64,000 nucleotides of DNA, from NCBI GenBank assembly GCA_965232515.1, contig CBDDPY010000002.1, positions 5,376,001-5,440,000 of the forward strand, written 5' to 3'. The stretch comes from Alphaproteobacteria bacterium. GTDB lineage: Bacteria; Pseudomonadota; Alphaproteobacteria; GCA-2731375. Below are positions 8,606 through 19,526 of the stretch, one piece after another. The notes below the pieces were generated by a model. It did not search any database and was not told the DNA's origin. It saw only the letters and a program-made list of their open reading frames with translations. Every line of letters begins with the position of its first letter. The stretch's first letter is position 1. Made by a program: the position numbers and the translations under genes.

Positions 8606-9376
8606 ATGCGTGGACAGTTGCTCAGCATGGCTGCGGCGGCCGCAATGGTCGCGGCGTCAACATTCGCCACACCGCCGGCGGGCGCCGGCGTGATCACGAT
8701 ATCCGCCCAGTCGGGCGCCAGGGGCACGCTTCAGGACGGCAACGGCGACGGCGTCGTCGACCTCGGAACTTCCCCGGTCGACCAGTTGTTTCAGTCAAGC
8801 ATCCTCGTGCGGACGTTCCCGACCGCCGACATCGACCAGCGCGGCATCGCCGAGTTCAATATCAGCGCCGCCCGCGCGGCGATCGGGGATCCGAGCCTGA
8901 TCACCTCGGCCCGGCTGGTCCTGACCGCCTTCACCGGGCAGACGATAACGCCGCTCACGCCCAACGGCATCTCGATCACGCCGGGCTTCGAGCTGGATCT
9001 CTACGGCTATGTCGGCAACGGCATCATCGATGTCGGCGACTTCGGCCTGGGCACGCTCCTGGCTTCCCAGACGCTCGACGGCTTGAGTGAGGTCGTCACG
9101 TTCGACGCGACCGGCTTCGTCGTGCCGCAAGTCTTGGGCAGCGCCAGCTTCGTCGGCGTCAACCTGCGGACGCCGTTCGACCAGCTCATCGGCGCGACGC
9201 CGTTCGCCCAGTTCCGCACCGGGCCCGACCCGTTCCAGCCCCAATTGATCATCGAATTCGACGATCCGCCACCGCCGCCGACGGCCGACGTTCCGGCGCC
9301 GTCAGCGATCGCCGTCTTTGCGACGGGTTTGTTCGGACTGGCCGTCCTCAACCGCCGCCGTCGCCGGTCGACTTAG
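8606..9376 (+). CDS. PEP-CTERM-like (VPAP) sorting-signal surface protein
   Basis: N-terminal signal peptide. C-terminal Pro linker, VPAPSAIAVFATGLFGLAVL TM helix and RRRRR tail. RBS AGGAG. Confidence 0.85.
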   Translation: MRGQLLSMAAAAAMVAASTFATPPAGAGVITISAQSGARGTLQDGNGDGVVDLGTSPVDQLFQSSILVRTFPTADIDQRGIAEFNISAARAAIGDPSLITSARLVLTAFTGQTITPLTPNGISITPGFELDLYGYVGNGIIDVGDFGLGTLLASQTLDGLSEVVTFDATGFVVPQVLGSASFVGVNLRTPFDQLIGATPFAQFRTGPDPFQPQLIIEFDDPPPPPTADVPAPSAIAVFATGLFGLAVLNRRRRRST

Positions 9377-9400
9377 ATAGACGGCTTCCAAAGGCTGAAA

Positions 9401-9521
9401 AGTTCCGGGGACAGTAACCATAACTAACGTGACTCCTTCGGATAATTACGGGTACTGTCACCGGAATCAAGTCGAGGCGATCAGGCTGTCCATCTGAATC
9501 ACGGTGACAGTAACCATAATT
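9401..9521. repeat. Triad 2 of 25-bp GACAGTA-core repeat (fwd/rev/fwd)
   Basis: Copies at 9401-9425 (+), 9444-9468 (-), 9497-9521 (+). Confidence 0.9.
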
Positions 9522-9547
9522 CGGCAAGCCGCCACGCGCCAGGCAGG

Positions 9548-10492
9548 CTAGGTCGGCGTCTTGCTTAGAAACGCTTCGATTTCGTGACGGCGGGGCAGGT
9601 CGGCGCCGCGGCGGGCGCAGGTGAGCGCCGCGGCGGCGGTGGCGAAGCGGGCGGCGTCGGTAAGCCGCTTCGCGTCCCAGGGTTCGGCCGCGCCCTCGGC
9701 GCGCAGTGCCGAGAGTAGGGCGGCCTGGAAGGCGTCGCCGGCGCCGACCGTGTCGACGACCTCGACGGATGCCGCCGGCGTATCGACGCGCGTTTCGGCC
9801 GTCCAGACCGTAACGCCCCGCTCCGCTTGCGTGAAGGCGACGGCGCGCGCGCCGCCCGTCAGCCAATCGGCGGCCTGGCGCTCGGGATCGGCGCCGGGAT
9901 AGAGCAGTGCCATATCCTCGTCGCTGATCTTGATCAGGTCGGCAGCCGCCGCGAACAGCGCCACCCGCTCGCGCCAAAGGTCGATATCGGGCTCGACGTT
10001 CGCCCGCACGTTGGGGTCGAGCGAGATGAAGCGCCGGCCCTTCTCGCGCGTCGCCAGCGTGGCAAGCGCATCGGCCGTCGGCGGCGCAACGAGCGCATAG
10101 GACCCGAAATGCAGGCAGTCCGCTCTGCCGAGGTCCGCCGGCAGATCGGCCGCGGTCAGCGCCCGGTCCGCCGCGCCGTCGCCATAGAAGGCGTAGGCCG
10201 GCGCGCCGCCACGGCTCAGGCTGACGAGCCCCAGCGTGGTCGGCGCCGATTTCCGCACGACAAGCCGGTCGGAGACGTTCTCGGCGGCCAGCACGGCGGC
10301 CAGTCGGTCGCCCAGGAAATCCGTCGACAGCCCGGTCAGCAGCGCCGCCGGCCGGCCCAATCGCGCCAGCCCGATGGCGACATTGAACGGCGAGCCGCCG
10401 ACCCGCGCCGACAGCGGCAGCATCGGGCTCGCGGGCGCGACGTCGCCCTCCAGAAAGACGTCGAACAGCGCTTCGCCGCAGACCACGAACAT
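9548..10492 (-). CDS. PfkB family carbohydrate kinase (probable fructokinase)
   Basis: CGEALFD, GGSPFNVAIGLARLG, DPNVR, DTVGAGDAF. Last gene of the sugar ABC operon. Confidence 0.9.
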   Translation of the reverse strand: MFVVCGEALFDVFLEGDVAPASPMLPLSARVGGSPFNVAIGLARLGRPAALLTGLSTDFLGDRLAAVLAAENVSDRLVVRKSAPTTLGLVSLSRGGAPAYAFYGDGAADRALTAADLPADLGRADCLHFGSYALVAPPTADALATLATREKGRRFISLDPNVRANVEPDIDLWRERVALFAAAADLIKISDEDMALLYPGADPERQAADWLTGGARAVAFTQAERGVTVWTAETRVDTPAASVEVVDTVGAGDAFQAALLSALRAEGAAEPWDAKRLTDAARFATAAAALTCARRGADLPRRHEIEAFLSKTPT

Positions 10493-10506
10493 GGAATGCC
10501 CCGCCG

Positions 10507-11291
<785 letters not shown>

Positions 11292-11295
<4 letters not shown>

Positions 11296-12374
11296 GACGA
11301 CACCTTGCGGATCCACTGGTCCATGGCGACGGCGATGATGATCAGCAGGCCGACGGCGAACTGCTGCCAGAGTACGTCGACGCCGCCGAGCTTCAGCCCT
11401 GAGCGGAACACGCCGACGATCAGCGCCCCGATCAGCGTGCCGAGGATCGAGCCGCGGCCGCCGAACAGCGAGCTGCCGCCGATCACCACCGCGGTGATCG
11501 CATCGAGGTTGGCGTCGTAGAAGCTCTGCGGGCTGACCGAGCCGACGCGGCCGATCGCCGCCCAGCCGCCGAGCGCGCAGAGGAACCCGGCGACGCCGTA
11601 AACCGACAGCAGCACCTTGTTCACCGGCACGCCCGAGAGGCGCGCCGCGTCCGGGTCGTCGCCGACCGCATAGACGTGCCGGCCCCAGGCCGTGCGGTTC
11701 AACAGGTACCAGAACAGCGCGAACAGCCCCAGCATCAGGAACGAGCCGAAGGTGAATTGCGCGCCCATGATGCCGACCCGCTCGCCGAACAGCTTCAGCA
11801 CCGGCGCGGCCTGGTCGATGTCCTGGCTGCGGATGGTTTCGCTTTCGGAATACCAGAGATTGAGCGCGTAGAAGATGCTCCAGGTGCCGAGCGTGACGAT
11901 GAAGGGCGGCAACCGGAACACCGTCACCAGCATGCCGTTGATGACGCCGCAAGCCGTGCCGACGGCAAGCCCCAGCGGGATCGCCAGCACCGGCGGCACG
12001 CCCATGATCACGGCCAGCTTGCCCATCACCACTGAGCTCAGGACCATGATGGCGGCGACGCTCAGATCGATGCCGGCGGTCAGGATGATCAGCGTCTGGG
12101 CCACGCCCAGGATACCGATGATCGTCACCTGCTGGATGATCAGCGACATGTTGAAGGCGGAGAAGAAGTTGTTCGCCACCGCGCCGAACAGCAGCACGCT
12201 GACGATCAGCACGATCAGCGGCACCGCCGTCGGGTTGGCGTGCAGGAAATGGTGCAGCCGCTTCAGGGCCGAGACGTCGGACTCCTCGAAGGACGCGACC
12301 TCGGTGGCGCTGTTGTCCAGCGTCTGCTCGAAGGCCTGCGGACCCCGGGCCTCGGGTGTACCGGCGTCGGTCAT
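11292..12374 (-). CDS. frcC: Sugar ABC transporter permease (fructose-type)
   Basis: ILTAGIDLSV, LPPFIVTLG, AVVIGGSSLFGGRGS. Confidence 0.85.
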
Positions 12375-12482
12375 GGTCTCGGTTCCGTCTAGGGGAGGTC
12401 AGATTCAGAGGTCAGGTCGAACGGGGTAGGGCCCGCCGCCGCGCTCAGACGCGGCGACGGATACCCCGTGATGCCCTCAGCC

Positions 12483-13529
12483 TCAGCCCCAGCACTTGCC
12501 CAGGCCGTCCTTCGACGACAGCGATGTCAGGCCGCCCACCGGCTCGTCGGTGATCAGCTCGACGCCGGTGTTGAAGAAGTCGAGGCCCGGTGTGTTCGCC
12601 GGCTTATTGCCGGTCTTCGCATATTCGACCACGGCCTCGACGCCCATCGAGGCCATCAGCAGCGGGAACTGCATCGACGTCGCGCCGATCACGCCGTCGC
12701 GCACGTTCTTGACGCCCGGACAGCCGCCGTCGACCGAGACGATCAGCACCTGCTCTTCCAGGCCGAAGGCCTTCAGCGCCTCGTAGGCGCCGGCCGCGGC
12801 CGGTTCGTTGATCGTATAGACCACGTTGATGCCGGGGTCGCGCTGCAGCAGGTTTTCCATCGCCGTGCGGCCGCCTTCCTCGGCGCCGTCGGTGACGTCA
12901 TGGCCGACGATGCGCGGATCGTCCTCGTCGCCGATGTCGTTGGGGTCCTTGAGGTCGATGCCGAAGCCCTTCATGAAACCCTGGTTGCGCAGCACGTCGA
13001 CCGTCACTTCCGATGCATTCAGGTTCAACAGCGCGATCTTGGCGTCTGCCGCCGTGCCGCCCAGCTTGGCCTTGGCCCAGGCGCCGATCAGCTCGCCGGC
13101 CTTGAAATTGTCGGTCGCCAGCGTCGCGTCTGCCGCGTCGATCGGCTGCAACGGCGTGTCCAGCGCGATCACCAGGATGCCGGCCTCGCGCGCCTTCTGC
13201 ACCGTCGGCACGATGGCCGAGGTATCCGACGGGGTAATCAAGATACCGGCCGCCTCGGCCGCGATCAGGCTTTCGATCGCCTCGATCTGCGCCTGGTTGT
13301 CGCCGTCGTACTTGCCGGCGAAGGTGCGCAGCTCGACGCCCATCGCCTCGGCCTTGGCCTTGGCGCCCTCGCGCATCTTGACGAAGAACGGGTTGGTGTT
13401 GGTTTTGGTGATCAGGCCGACGATCGGCTGGTCGCCCAGCGCCGGCGCCGCGGCCGTCACGGCGATCGCGGTCGCGCCGGCGGCGAGCAACGAAAACGCC
13501 TTCGGGAATGCCCTGTTTCGACGAGGCAT
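12483..13529 (-). CDS. frcB: Sugar ABC transporter periplasmic binding protein (fructose-type)
   Basis: [39 protein letters not shown] and the GLGKCWG end, all characteristic of FrcB-like proteins. Confidence 0.85.
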   Translation of the reverse strand: MPRRNRAFPKAFSLLAAGATAIAVTAAAPALGDQPIVGLITKTNTNPFFVKMREGAKAKAEAMGVELRTFAGKYDGDNQAQIEAIESLIAAEAAGILITPSDTSAIVPTVQKAREAGILVIALDTPLQPIDAADATLATDNFKAGELIGAWAKAKLGGTAADAKIALLNLNASEVTVDVLRNQGFMKGFGIDLKDPNDIGDEDDPRIVGHDVTDGAEEGGRTAMENLLQRDPGINVVYTINEPAAAGAYEALKAFGLEEQVLIVSVDGGCPGVKNVRDGVIGATSMQFPLLMASMGVEAVVEYAKTGNKPANTPGLDFFNTGVELITDEPVGGLTSLSSKDGLGKCWG

Positions 13530-13641
13530 GATGACTCCTCCTCCGTTTCGACGACGCCGATCGTTGTCCTCTCGGCCGGCCCGTCTGGCGGGTCGGTGTC
13601 GGCGTGATGATGGTATCGAAGCATCGCCGCCGCAGGCCTGT

Positions 13642-13672
13642 CAATAAATAAATTAAATTACTTTATTTATTG
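13642..13672. promoter_or_regulatory. AT-rich palindromic operator, probable ROK regulator site
   Basis: CAATAAATAAA-N9-TTTATTTATTG perfect 11-bp inverted repeat between divergent frcB and the ROK gene. Overlaps a TTGACA on the minus strand (13639-13644). Confidence 0.65.
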
Positions 13673-13725
13673 TGCGCAACCGGCGGCCATGGCATGGTTG
13701 CGTCCATGCAGATGGCCTTGGTTCC

Positions 13726-14973
13726 ATGAGTGATGCCGTCCGGACAGCCGAGAAGGGCGCCGCGAACGGCGTGGGGGCCATGTCGTTCGCCCGCGGCAGC
13801 AACAACAGCGGCGTGCGCCTCTATAACGAACGGCTGGTGCTGTCGCTGATCCGCCGCTCGACGGGGCTTGCCAAGGCCGAGATCGCCCGCCGCACGGGGC
13901 TCACCGCGCCGGCGGTGATGAAGATCATCCGCCAGCTCGAGGCCGACGGCCTGGTCAAGCGCGAGGCGCCGCAGCGCGGCCGGGTGGGGCAGCCCTCGGT
14001 GCCGTTCACGCTCAACCCTGACGGCGCCTTCTCGCTCGGCCTGAAGATCGGCCGCCGCAGCACCGAGCTGGTGCTGCTCGATCTCGCCGGCAATACCCGC
14101 ACGGTCATCGAGCGCTCGTATGCCTATCCCGAGGTCGCGGCCGTCGGCCGCTTCGTCCGCTACGGCATCGATGAAGTGACGCGCGGACTGAACGCCGGCC
14201 AGCGCGCCCGGATCTGCGGACTCGGCGTCGGCATGCCGTTCGAGCTCTGGAACTGGCGCGACGAGATCGCCGCGCCCGACGGTGTGCTGGAAGCCTGGCG
14301 CGACGTCGATGTCGCCGCCGAAATCGGCGCCCATTTCGATCGCCCGGTGCATGTCAGCAACGACGCGACGGCGGCCTGCGCGGCCGAGCTCGCCTTCGGC
14401 GCCAACCGGGATTATCTCGACTACTTCTATCTCTTCATCGCCTGGTTCGCCGGCGGCGGCGTCGTCCTGAACGGCGCGCTGTTTCCGGGCCGCACCGGCA
14501 ACGCCGGCGCCGCCGGCTCGATGCCGGTCGTCGGCGCCAGCGGACGGCCGCAACAGCTGATCCGCGCCGCCTCGCTCTATCCCTTGGAACGCCGATTCGT
14601 GGAGGCCGGCCGCGACCCGACCGCGTTCTGGGACGACGGCCACGACTGGCGCACGCTCGGGCCCCAGCTCGACGACTGGATCGCCACCGCCGCCGCCGCG
14701 CTGGCCCAGGCCGCCGCCGCCGCCGCCGCGGTCATCGACTTCCAGGCCGTCGTCATCGACGGCGCCATGCCGCCGGATATCCGCGCCCGCCTGGTCGCCG
14801 AAACGTCAGCCGCCTACGCCAACCTCGACCGCCAGGGCCTCTCACCGCTCGACATCGCCGAAGGCAGCATCGGCCGCCGCGCCCGCGCCATCGGCGCCGC
14901 CAGCCTCCCCCTCATCGCCAATTTCGAGCTCGACCAGAACCTCCTCTTCAAGCACCAGCCCACCCCCGCCTGA
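13726..14973 (+). CDS. ROK family transcriptional regulator (FrcR-like)
   Basis: RGSNNSGVRLYNERLVL HTH region, GLKIGRRS, VSNDATAACAAEL. Divergent from frcBCA. Confidence 0.88.
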   Translation: MSDAVRTAEKGAANGVGAMSFARGSNNSGVRLYNERLVLSLIRRSTGLAKAEIARRTGLTAPAVMKIIRQLEADGLVKREAPQRGRVGQPSVPFTLNPDGAFSLGLKIGRRSTELVLLDLAGNTRTVIERSYAYPEVAAVGRFVRYGIDEVTRGLNAGQRARICGLGVGMPFELWNWRDEIAAPDGVLEAWRDVDVAAEIGAHFDRPVHVSNDATAACAAELAFGANRDYLDYFYLFIAWFAGGGVVLNGALFPGRTGNAGAAGSMPVVGASGRPQQLIRAASLYPLERRFVEAGRDPTAFWDDGHDWRTLGPQLDDWIATAAAALAQAAAAAAAVIDFQAVVIDGAMPPDIRARLVAETSAAYANLDRQGLSPLDIAEGSIGRRARAIGAASLPLIANFELDQNLLFKHQPTPA

Positions 14974-14980
14974 ATGGCCA

Positions 14981-15071
14981 AGTTCCGGTGACAGTAACCA
15001 TAACCCCGACAGTCCATGCGTAATTAAAGTTACTGTCACCGGGTTTAATTACGGTGACAGTAACCGTAATT
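14981..15071. repeat. Triad 3 of 25-bp GACAGTA-core repeat (fwd/rev/fwd)
   Basis: Copies at 14981-15005 (+), 15022-15046 (-), 15047-15071 (+). Confidence 0.9.
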
Positions 15072-15097
15072 CGTTTATCAAGGCGTGGACGTCGCGG

Positions 15098-15805
15098 TCA
15101 CCAGTTCTCGCCGTAGGGGCGGATCATCACGTCGAAGGTCCAGGCCGAGCGCGGCTGGTGGGCGATGCGGAAGCATTCCTCGGCGATATCGTCGGGCTGG
15201 CAGAAGAAGTCGTCCGGCTTGCCGGGCAGGCGTTCGCGCATGCGCGGCACGTCGATCACCGCGTCGACCGCCACATAGGCGACATGCACGCCCTTGGGTC
15301 CGACCGAGCGCGCGATCGCTTCGGCCAGCACCCGCTGGGCCGCCTTCGACGGCGCGAACATGGCGAAATCAGACTTGCCGCGATAGGCCGACGTGTTGCC
15401 GGTGCAGATGATGGCGCCGTGCCCCGCCGCCGCCATGTCCGGCACCAGGGCGCGAGCGAGATGCAGCAGCGCCATGGTGTTGATCTGGAAGTTGCGCTCC
15501 AGCACCTCGGGCTCGAGCGTCAGGAAATCGCCGAACGCCCCGCCGACCGCGTTGTGGATCGCCACGTCGGGCGGCCCCATCTGGTCCTTGATCAGCTTCA
15601 GGGTCGCGTTCAGCGCCTCGATGTCGGTCACGTCGCAGGGATAGGCCGTGCTGTTCGGCACATCGGACGCCATGGCGTCCAGCCGTTCCGCCGTGCGCGC
15701 GATCATCGCCACCTTGTAGCCGCCTTCGGCGAACCGCCGCACCAGCGCCGACCCCGTCCCCGGCCCAACCCCCGTCACCACGCAGGTCTTCCGATCGTCC
15801 ACCAC
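15098..15805 (-). CDS. SDR family oxidoreductase
   Basis: VTGVGPGTG Rossmann motif, FAPSKAAQR, GPKGVHVAY. Confidence 0.88.
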   Translation of the reverse strand: MVDDRKTCVVTGVGPGTGSALVRRFAEGGYKVAMIARTAERLDAMASDVPNSTAYPCDVTDIEALNATLKLIKDQMGPPDVAIHNAVGGAFGDFLTLEPEVLERNFQINTMALLHLARALVPDMAAAGHGAIICTGNTSAYRGKSDFAMFAPSKAAQRVLAEAIARSVGPKGVHVAYVAVDAVIDVPRMRERLPGKPDDFFCQPDDIAEECFRIAHQPRSAWTFDVMIRPYGENW

Positions 15806-15820
15806 CGCCTCCCTTGTCGC

Positions 15821-16462
15821 CTATGTCGGCCGCGCCAGCGCCTGCCGTTCCTGCTCCACCACCTCGCGCACGTAACAGCCTTCGATATGGTCGTTCACGA
15901 GACCCATGGCCTGCATGAAGGCGTAGACGGTGGTCGGGCCGACGAAACGCCAGCCGCGCTTCTTCAGGTCCTTGCTCATGGCTTCCGACGCCGGCGTCTT
16001 GGCGAGCGCGCCCAGCACGGCGCGGGTGAGCTCGGTCGGGCGCTCGTCCGGGCCCGGCTCGTGACGCCAGACATAGGCGGCGAGCGAGCCGCATTCGTCG
16101 CGCAGCTCACGCGCACGCTTCGCGTTGTTGATCGTCGCCTCGATCTTGCCGCGATGGCGGATGATGCCGGCGTCCTGCAGCAGACGCTCGACGTCGGTCT
16201 CGGTGAATTCGGCGACCCGGTCGATGTCGAAGCCGGCAAAGGCCGCGCGGAAGTTCTCGCGCTTGCGCAGGATCGTCAGCCAGCTCAGGCCGGACTGGAA
16301 GCCCTCGAGGCAGATCTTCTCGAACAGCCGCGTATCGCTGGTCACCGGCCGGCCCCACTCGGCGTCGTGGTAGGCGAGATAATCGTCCAGCCCGCCATGC
16401 CACCAGCACCGCGCCTTGCCGTCCGCGCCCGTCAGCAACCCGTCGTCCGCGCCATCCGCCAT
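15821..16462 (-). CDS. tag: DNA-3-methyladenine glycosylase I
   Basis: RCWW, YHDAEWG, LEGFQSGLSW, FVGPTTVYAFMQAMGLVNDH..C. Confidence 0.93.
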   Translation of the reverse strand: MADGADDGLLTGADGKARCWWHGGLDDYLAYHDAEWGRPVTSDTRLFEKICLEGFQSGLSWLTILRKRENFRAAFAGFDIDRVAEFTETDVERLLQDAGIIRHRGKIEATINNAKRARELRDECGSLAAYVWRHEPGPDERPTELTRAVLGALAKTPASEAMSKDLKKRGWRFVGPTTVYAFMQAMGLVNDHIEGCYVREVVEQERQALARPT

Positions 16463-16495
16463 ATACGCCCCTCGTTCGTTCGCTTGCCTTAGGTA

Positions 16496-16595
16496 GGGTT
16501 TACCGCCAAGACGCCAAGACACCAAGGGGCAGGCAATCCGTCCGTCTGTCACGCCGCGTGATCTTGGTGCCTTCGCGTCTTGGCGGTGAAATCCC
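16496..16595. repeat. Inverted pair of ACCGCCAAGACGCCAAG-type REP-like repeats
   Basis: Left arm GGGTTTACCGCCAAGACGCCAAGACACCAAG (16496-16526) pairs with CTTGGTGCCTTCGCGTCTTGGCGGTGAAATCCC (16563-16595). Confidence 0.7.
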
Positions 16596-16760
16596 CGCGT
16601 GCCAGCGTCCGCGGCGGTGCCAGATCGGCTATCAATTCGACATTTTCAGAACGATCGAAACGGCCCGGACTTCCGCCATTCTTTTTCCTTGACCGTTCCT
16701 GTGCATGGGGTTGTTCCGCGGTTCCCCGCGCGCGACGCCCCCCCCCCCCACCAAATGGGC

Positions 16761-17633
16761 TCAGTAGGGCACGTCGCCAAGAATGGTGCAGCGGCGGATC
16801 ACGCGCGCCTCGGTCGCGGTGTCGTACTCCGTCGCCCGGTGCTGCAGGCAACGGTTGTCCCAGACCACGAAGTCGCGCGGCCGCCAGCGGTGGCGGTAGA
16901 CGTTGTCGGGCCGGATGGCGAGCCGGTTCAGTTCCTCGACCAGCGGCCGGCCGGCCTCGAACGTCTCGCCGGCGATGTGCGAGGCATGGTCGCCGAGATA
17001 GAGGCACTTGCGGCCGGTCTCGGGATGGGTGCGCACGATGGGCTGGTCGACCGGCGGCACCGCGGCCCGCTGCTCCTCGGTCATCGGCTCGTCGCCGTGG
17101 CGCAGGTTGCGCGAGAAGTCGAGGCTGTGGATCGCCCTCAGGCCGGCGATGCGCTCCTTCATGCCGGCGTCCAGGCCGTCGTAGGCGGCGTACATGTCGG
17201 CATAGTGGGTCTCGCCGCCCGTCGCCGGGATGACCTCGGCATAGAGCATGGTCGCCTGGCCGGTGCGGCGCTGCCAGGAGCCGTCGGTATGCCAGGCGAG
17301 CGTGCCCTTGTCCGGATGCTTGCCCGTGGGCTTGCCGTCTTCGTCAACGTTCGACAGCCGGTAGAGCTCCGGGTGGCCGTCGGCGTGGTACTGGTTCATC
17401 ACATGCACCTGCACCTCGCCGAAGCGACGGGCGAAGTCGACATGGGCCGCCGGCGGCAAGTCCTGATCCCGGAACAGCAGCAGCTGGTAATCGAGAAACG
17501 CCCGGTAGATGGCGGCGAACAGCGCGTCGCTCATCGGCGTCGACAGGTCGACGTTCAGCACCTCGGCGCCGAGCGCCGGCGACAGCGGGCGCAGCTCGAT
17601 GGGGTGATCTGGTTCTGCCCGGGGTTGCGACAT
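16761..17633 (-). CDS. TauD/TfdA family Fe(II)/2-oxoglutarate dioxygenase
   Basis: LGAEV, WHTDGS (HxD), GGETHYAD, VWDNRCLQHRA. Confidence 0.92.
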   Translation of the reverse strand: MSQPRAEPDHPIELRPLSPALGAEVLNVDLSTPMSDALFAAIYRAFLDYQLLLFRDQDLPPAAHVDFARRFGEVQVHVMNQYHADGHPELYRLSNVDEDGKPTGKHPDKGTLAWHTDGSWQRRTGQATMLYAEVIPATGGETHYADMYAAYDGLDAGMKERIAGLRAIHSLDFSRNLRHGDEPMTEEQRAAVPPVDQPIVRTHPETGRKCLYLGDHASHIAGETFEAGRPLVEELNRLAIRPDNVYRHRWRPRDFVVWDNRCLQHRATEYDTATEARVIRRCTILGDVPY

Positions 17634-17775
17634 GATGTCCGGTTCCTCCCACTTCCCATGTTTCCGCAAAGTTGTCATTCCTGCAACGACGTTGACAGGG
17701 TCGGCGCTGACGGTCGAAAACCGGAGGCGAGATCCCTGACATCGAACAAACAACGCCAGCAACGGAGAGAGCGTC

Positions 17776-18585
17776 ATGAGCGAGCGATACGCCAAGTACA
17801 AAGCCTTCGAGATCGACTTCCCCGCCGAGCGCATCCTGCGCATCACCCTGAACAAGCCCGAGACCTATAACTCGCTCGACGCCGACGGCCACCGCGAGAT
17901 CACGAATATCTGGCGCGACATCGACGACGACGAGGACATCTCGGCCGTGATCCTGACGGCCAAGGGCAAGGCGTTCTCGTCCGGCGGCGATTTCGGCATG
18001 ATTGAAAAGAACATGAACGACTATCACGCGCGCGTGCGCGCCTGGAAGGAGGCCCGCGACCTCGTCTACAACATCATCAACTGCAACAAGCCCATCGTCT
18101 CGGCCATCAACGGCGTCGCCGTCGGCGCCGGCCTGGTGGCGGCGCTCCTGGCCGACATCTCGATCGCCGCGCGCTCGGCCAAGATCATCGACGGCCACAC
18201 CCGGCTCGGCGTCGCCGCCGGCGACCACGCGGTGATCAACTGGCCGCTGCTTTGCGGCATGGCCAAGGCCAAGTACTTGCTGATGCTCTGCGAGCCGGTC
18301 GACGGCACCGAGGCCGAGCGCATCGGCCTGGTCTCGCTGGTGGTCGAGGACGACGAGCTGCAGGCGAAGGCCATGCAGATCGCCGAACGCCTGGTGGCAG
18401 GTGCGCCGACGGCGATCCGCTGGACCAAGTACGCGCTCAACAACTGGTACCGGGCCATGGGGCCGAGCTTCGACGCCTCGCTGTCCATGGAGATGATCGG
18501 CTTCTCCAGCGACGAAGTGCGTGAAGGCCTGGCCTCGCACCTCGAAAAGCGCAAGCCCGAGTTCGACCCCAAGTCGCCCCTCTAA
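17776..18585 (+). CDS. Enoyl-CoA hydratase/isomerase family protein
   Basis: [31 protein letters not shown]. Confidence 0.92.
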   Translation: MSERYAKYKAFEIDFPAERILRITLNKPETYNSLDADGHREITNIWRDIDDDEDISAVILTAKGKAFSSGGDFGMIEKNMNDYHARVRAWKEARDLVYNIINCNKPIVSAINGVAVGAGLVAALLADISIAARSAKIIDGHTRLGVAAGDHAVINWPLLCGMAKAKYLLMLCEPVDGTEAERIGLVSLVVEDDELQAKAMQIAERLVAGAPTAIRWTKYALNNWYRAMGPSFDASLSMEMIGFSSDEVREGLASHLEKRKPEFDPKSPL

Positions 18586-18608
18586 GGCGATCGCGGAGGA
18601 CGGGACCG

Positions 18609-19526
18609 ATGGCGGCGCCCGCGCTGATCGGCGTCGATTGGGGCAGCAGCAGCCTGCGCGCCTTCCTGATCGGCGCCGACGGCGTCCGCCTCGACCACCG
18701 CCGCTCGGATCGGGGCATCCTGAACGTCGCCGACGGCGGCTTCGCGGATGTGCTGGACGCCACGGTCGGCGATTGGCGGCGGGCGGCGCCCGGCCTGCCG
18801 GTGCTGCTGTCGGGCATGATCGGCAGCCGGCAGGGCTGGGCCGAGGCGCCGTACGCCGCCTGTCCGGTCGCGCTCAGCGTGCTCGCGGATCAGTTCCTGG
18901 CCCTCGACGATGGCGTGCATATCGTGCCCGGCCTGTCGGCGGTGGGGCCGGACGGCGTGCATGACGTGATGCGCGGCGAGGAGACGCAGCTCGTCGGCGC
19001 GCTCAGCCTGAGCGGACGCGGCGAGGGCCTGTTCTGCCTGCCCGGCACGCACGCCAAATGGGCGCGGATTGCCGACGAGGCGATCACGGCGTTCCACACC
19101 GCCATGACCGGCGAGGTCTTTGCCGTGCTGCGGGCGCACAGCATCCTGCGCCATGGCATGGCCGAACTCGGCGACCGCGACGCCGACGCCTTCGATCGCG
19201 GGCTGACACGCGCGCGGCAGCCCGGCGGGCTGCTGCATCACCTGTTTGGCGTCCGCGCCGAGGGCCTGTTCGACGCGCTCGGGCCGGCCGCCGCGCCGAG
19301 CTACCTGTCGGGCCTGCTGATTGGCCACGAGCTTTCCGGCATCCGCGACCTGGTCGGCGCGATCGATCGAGTGACGCTGGTCGGGCAGGGCGAACTGATC
19401 AATCTCTATGCCCGCGCGCTTGACGCGGCGGGCGTGCAGGTCGACATGATGGAAGGCGAGACGGCGGCCGAGGCCGGCCTGTGGCGGCTCGCCCGGCTCG
19501 CCGGTCTGGTGGAGGGAGAGGGATGA
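18609..19526 (+). CDS. dgoK: 2-dehydro-3-deoxygalactonokinase
   Basis: GVDWGSSSLRA, GMIGSRQGW, DVMRGEETQ, LPGTHAKW, MTGE, YLSGLLIG. Confidence 0.92.
   Translation: MAAPALIGVDWGSSSLRAFLIGADGVRLDHRRSDRGILNVADGGFADVLDATVGDWRRAAPGLPVLLSGMIGSRQGWAEAPYAACPVALSVLADQFLALDDGVHIVPGLSAVGPDGVHDVMRGEETQLVGALSLSGRGEGLFCLPGTHAKWARIADEAITAFHTAMTGEVFAVLRAHSILRHGMAELGDRDADAFDRGLTRARQPGGLLHHLFGVRAEGLFDALGPAAAPSYLSGLLIGHELSGIRDLVGAIDRVTLVGQGELINLYARALDAAGVQVDMMEGETAAEAGLWRLARLAGLVEGEG

Noticed and set aside
9548-10492. Gene symbol frcK for the kinase
   Set aside because: The protein is PfkB-type and orthology to rhizobial FrcK cannot be supported, so the symbol is left blank.
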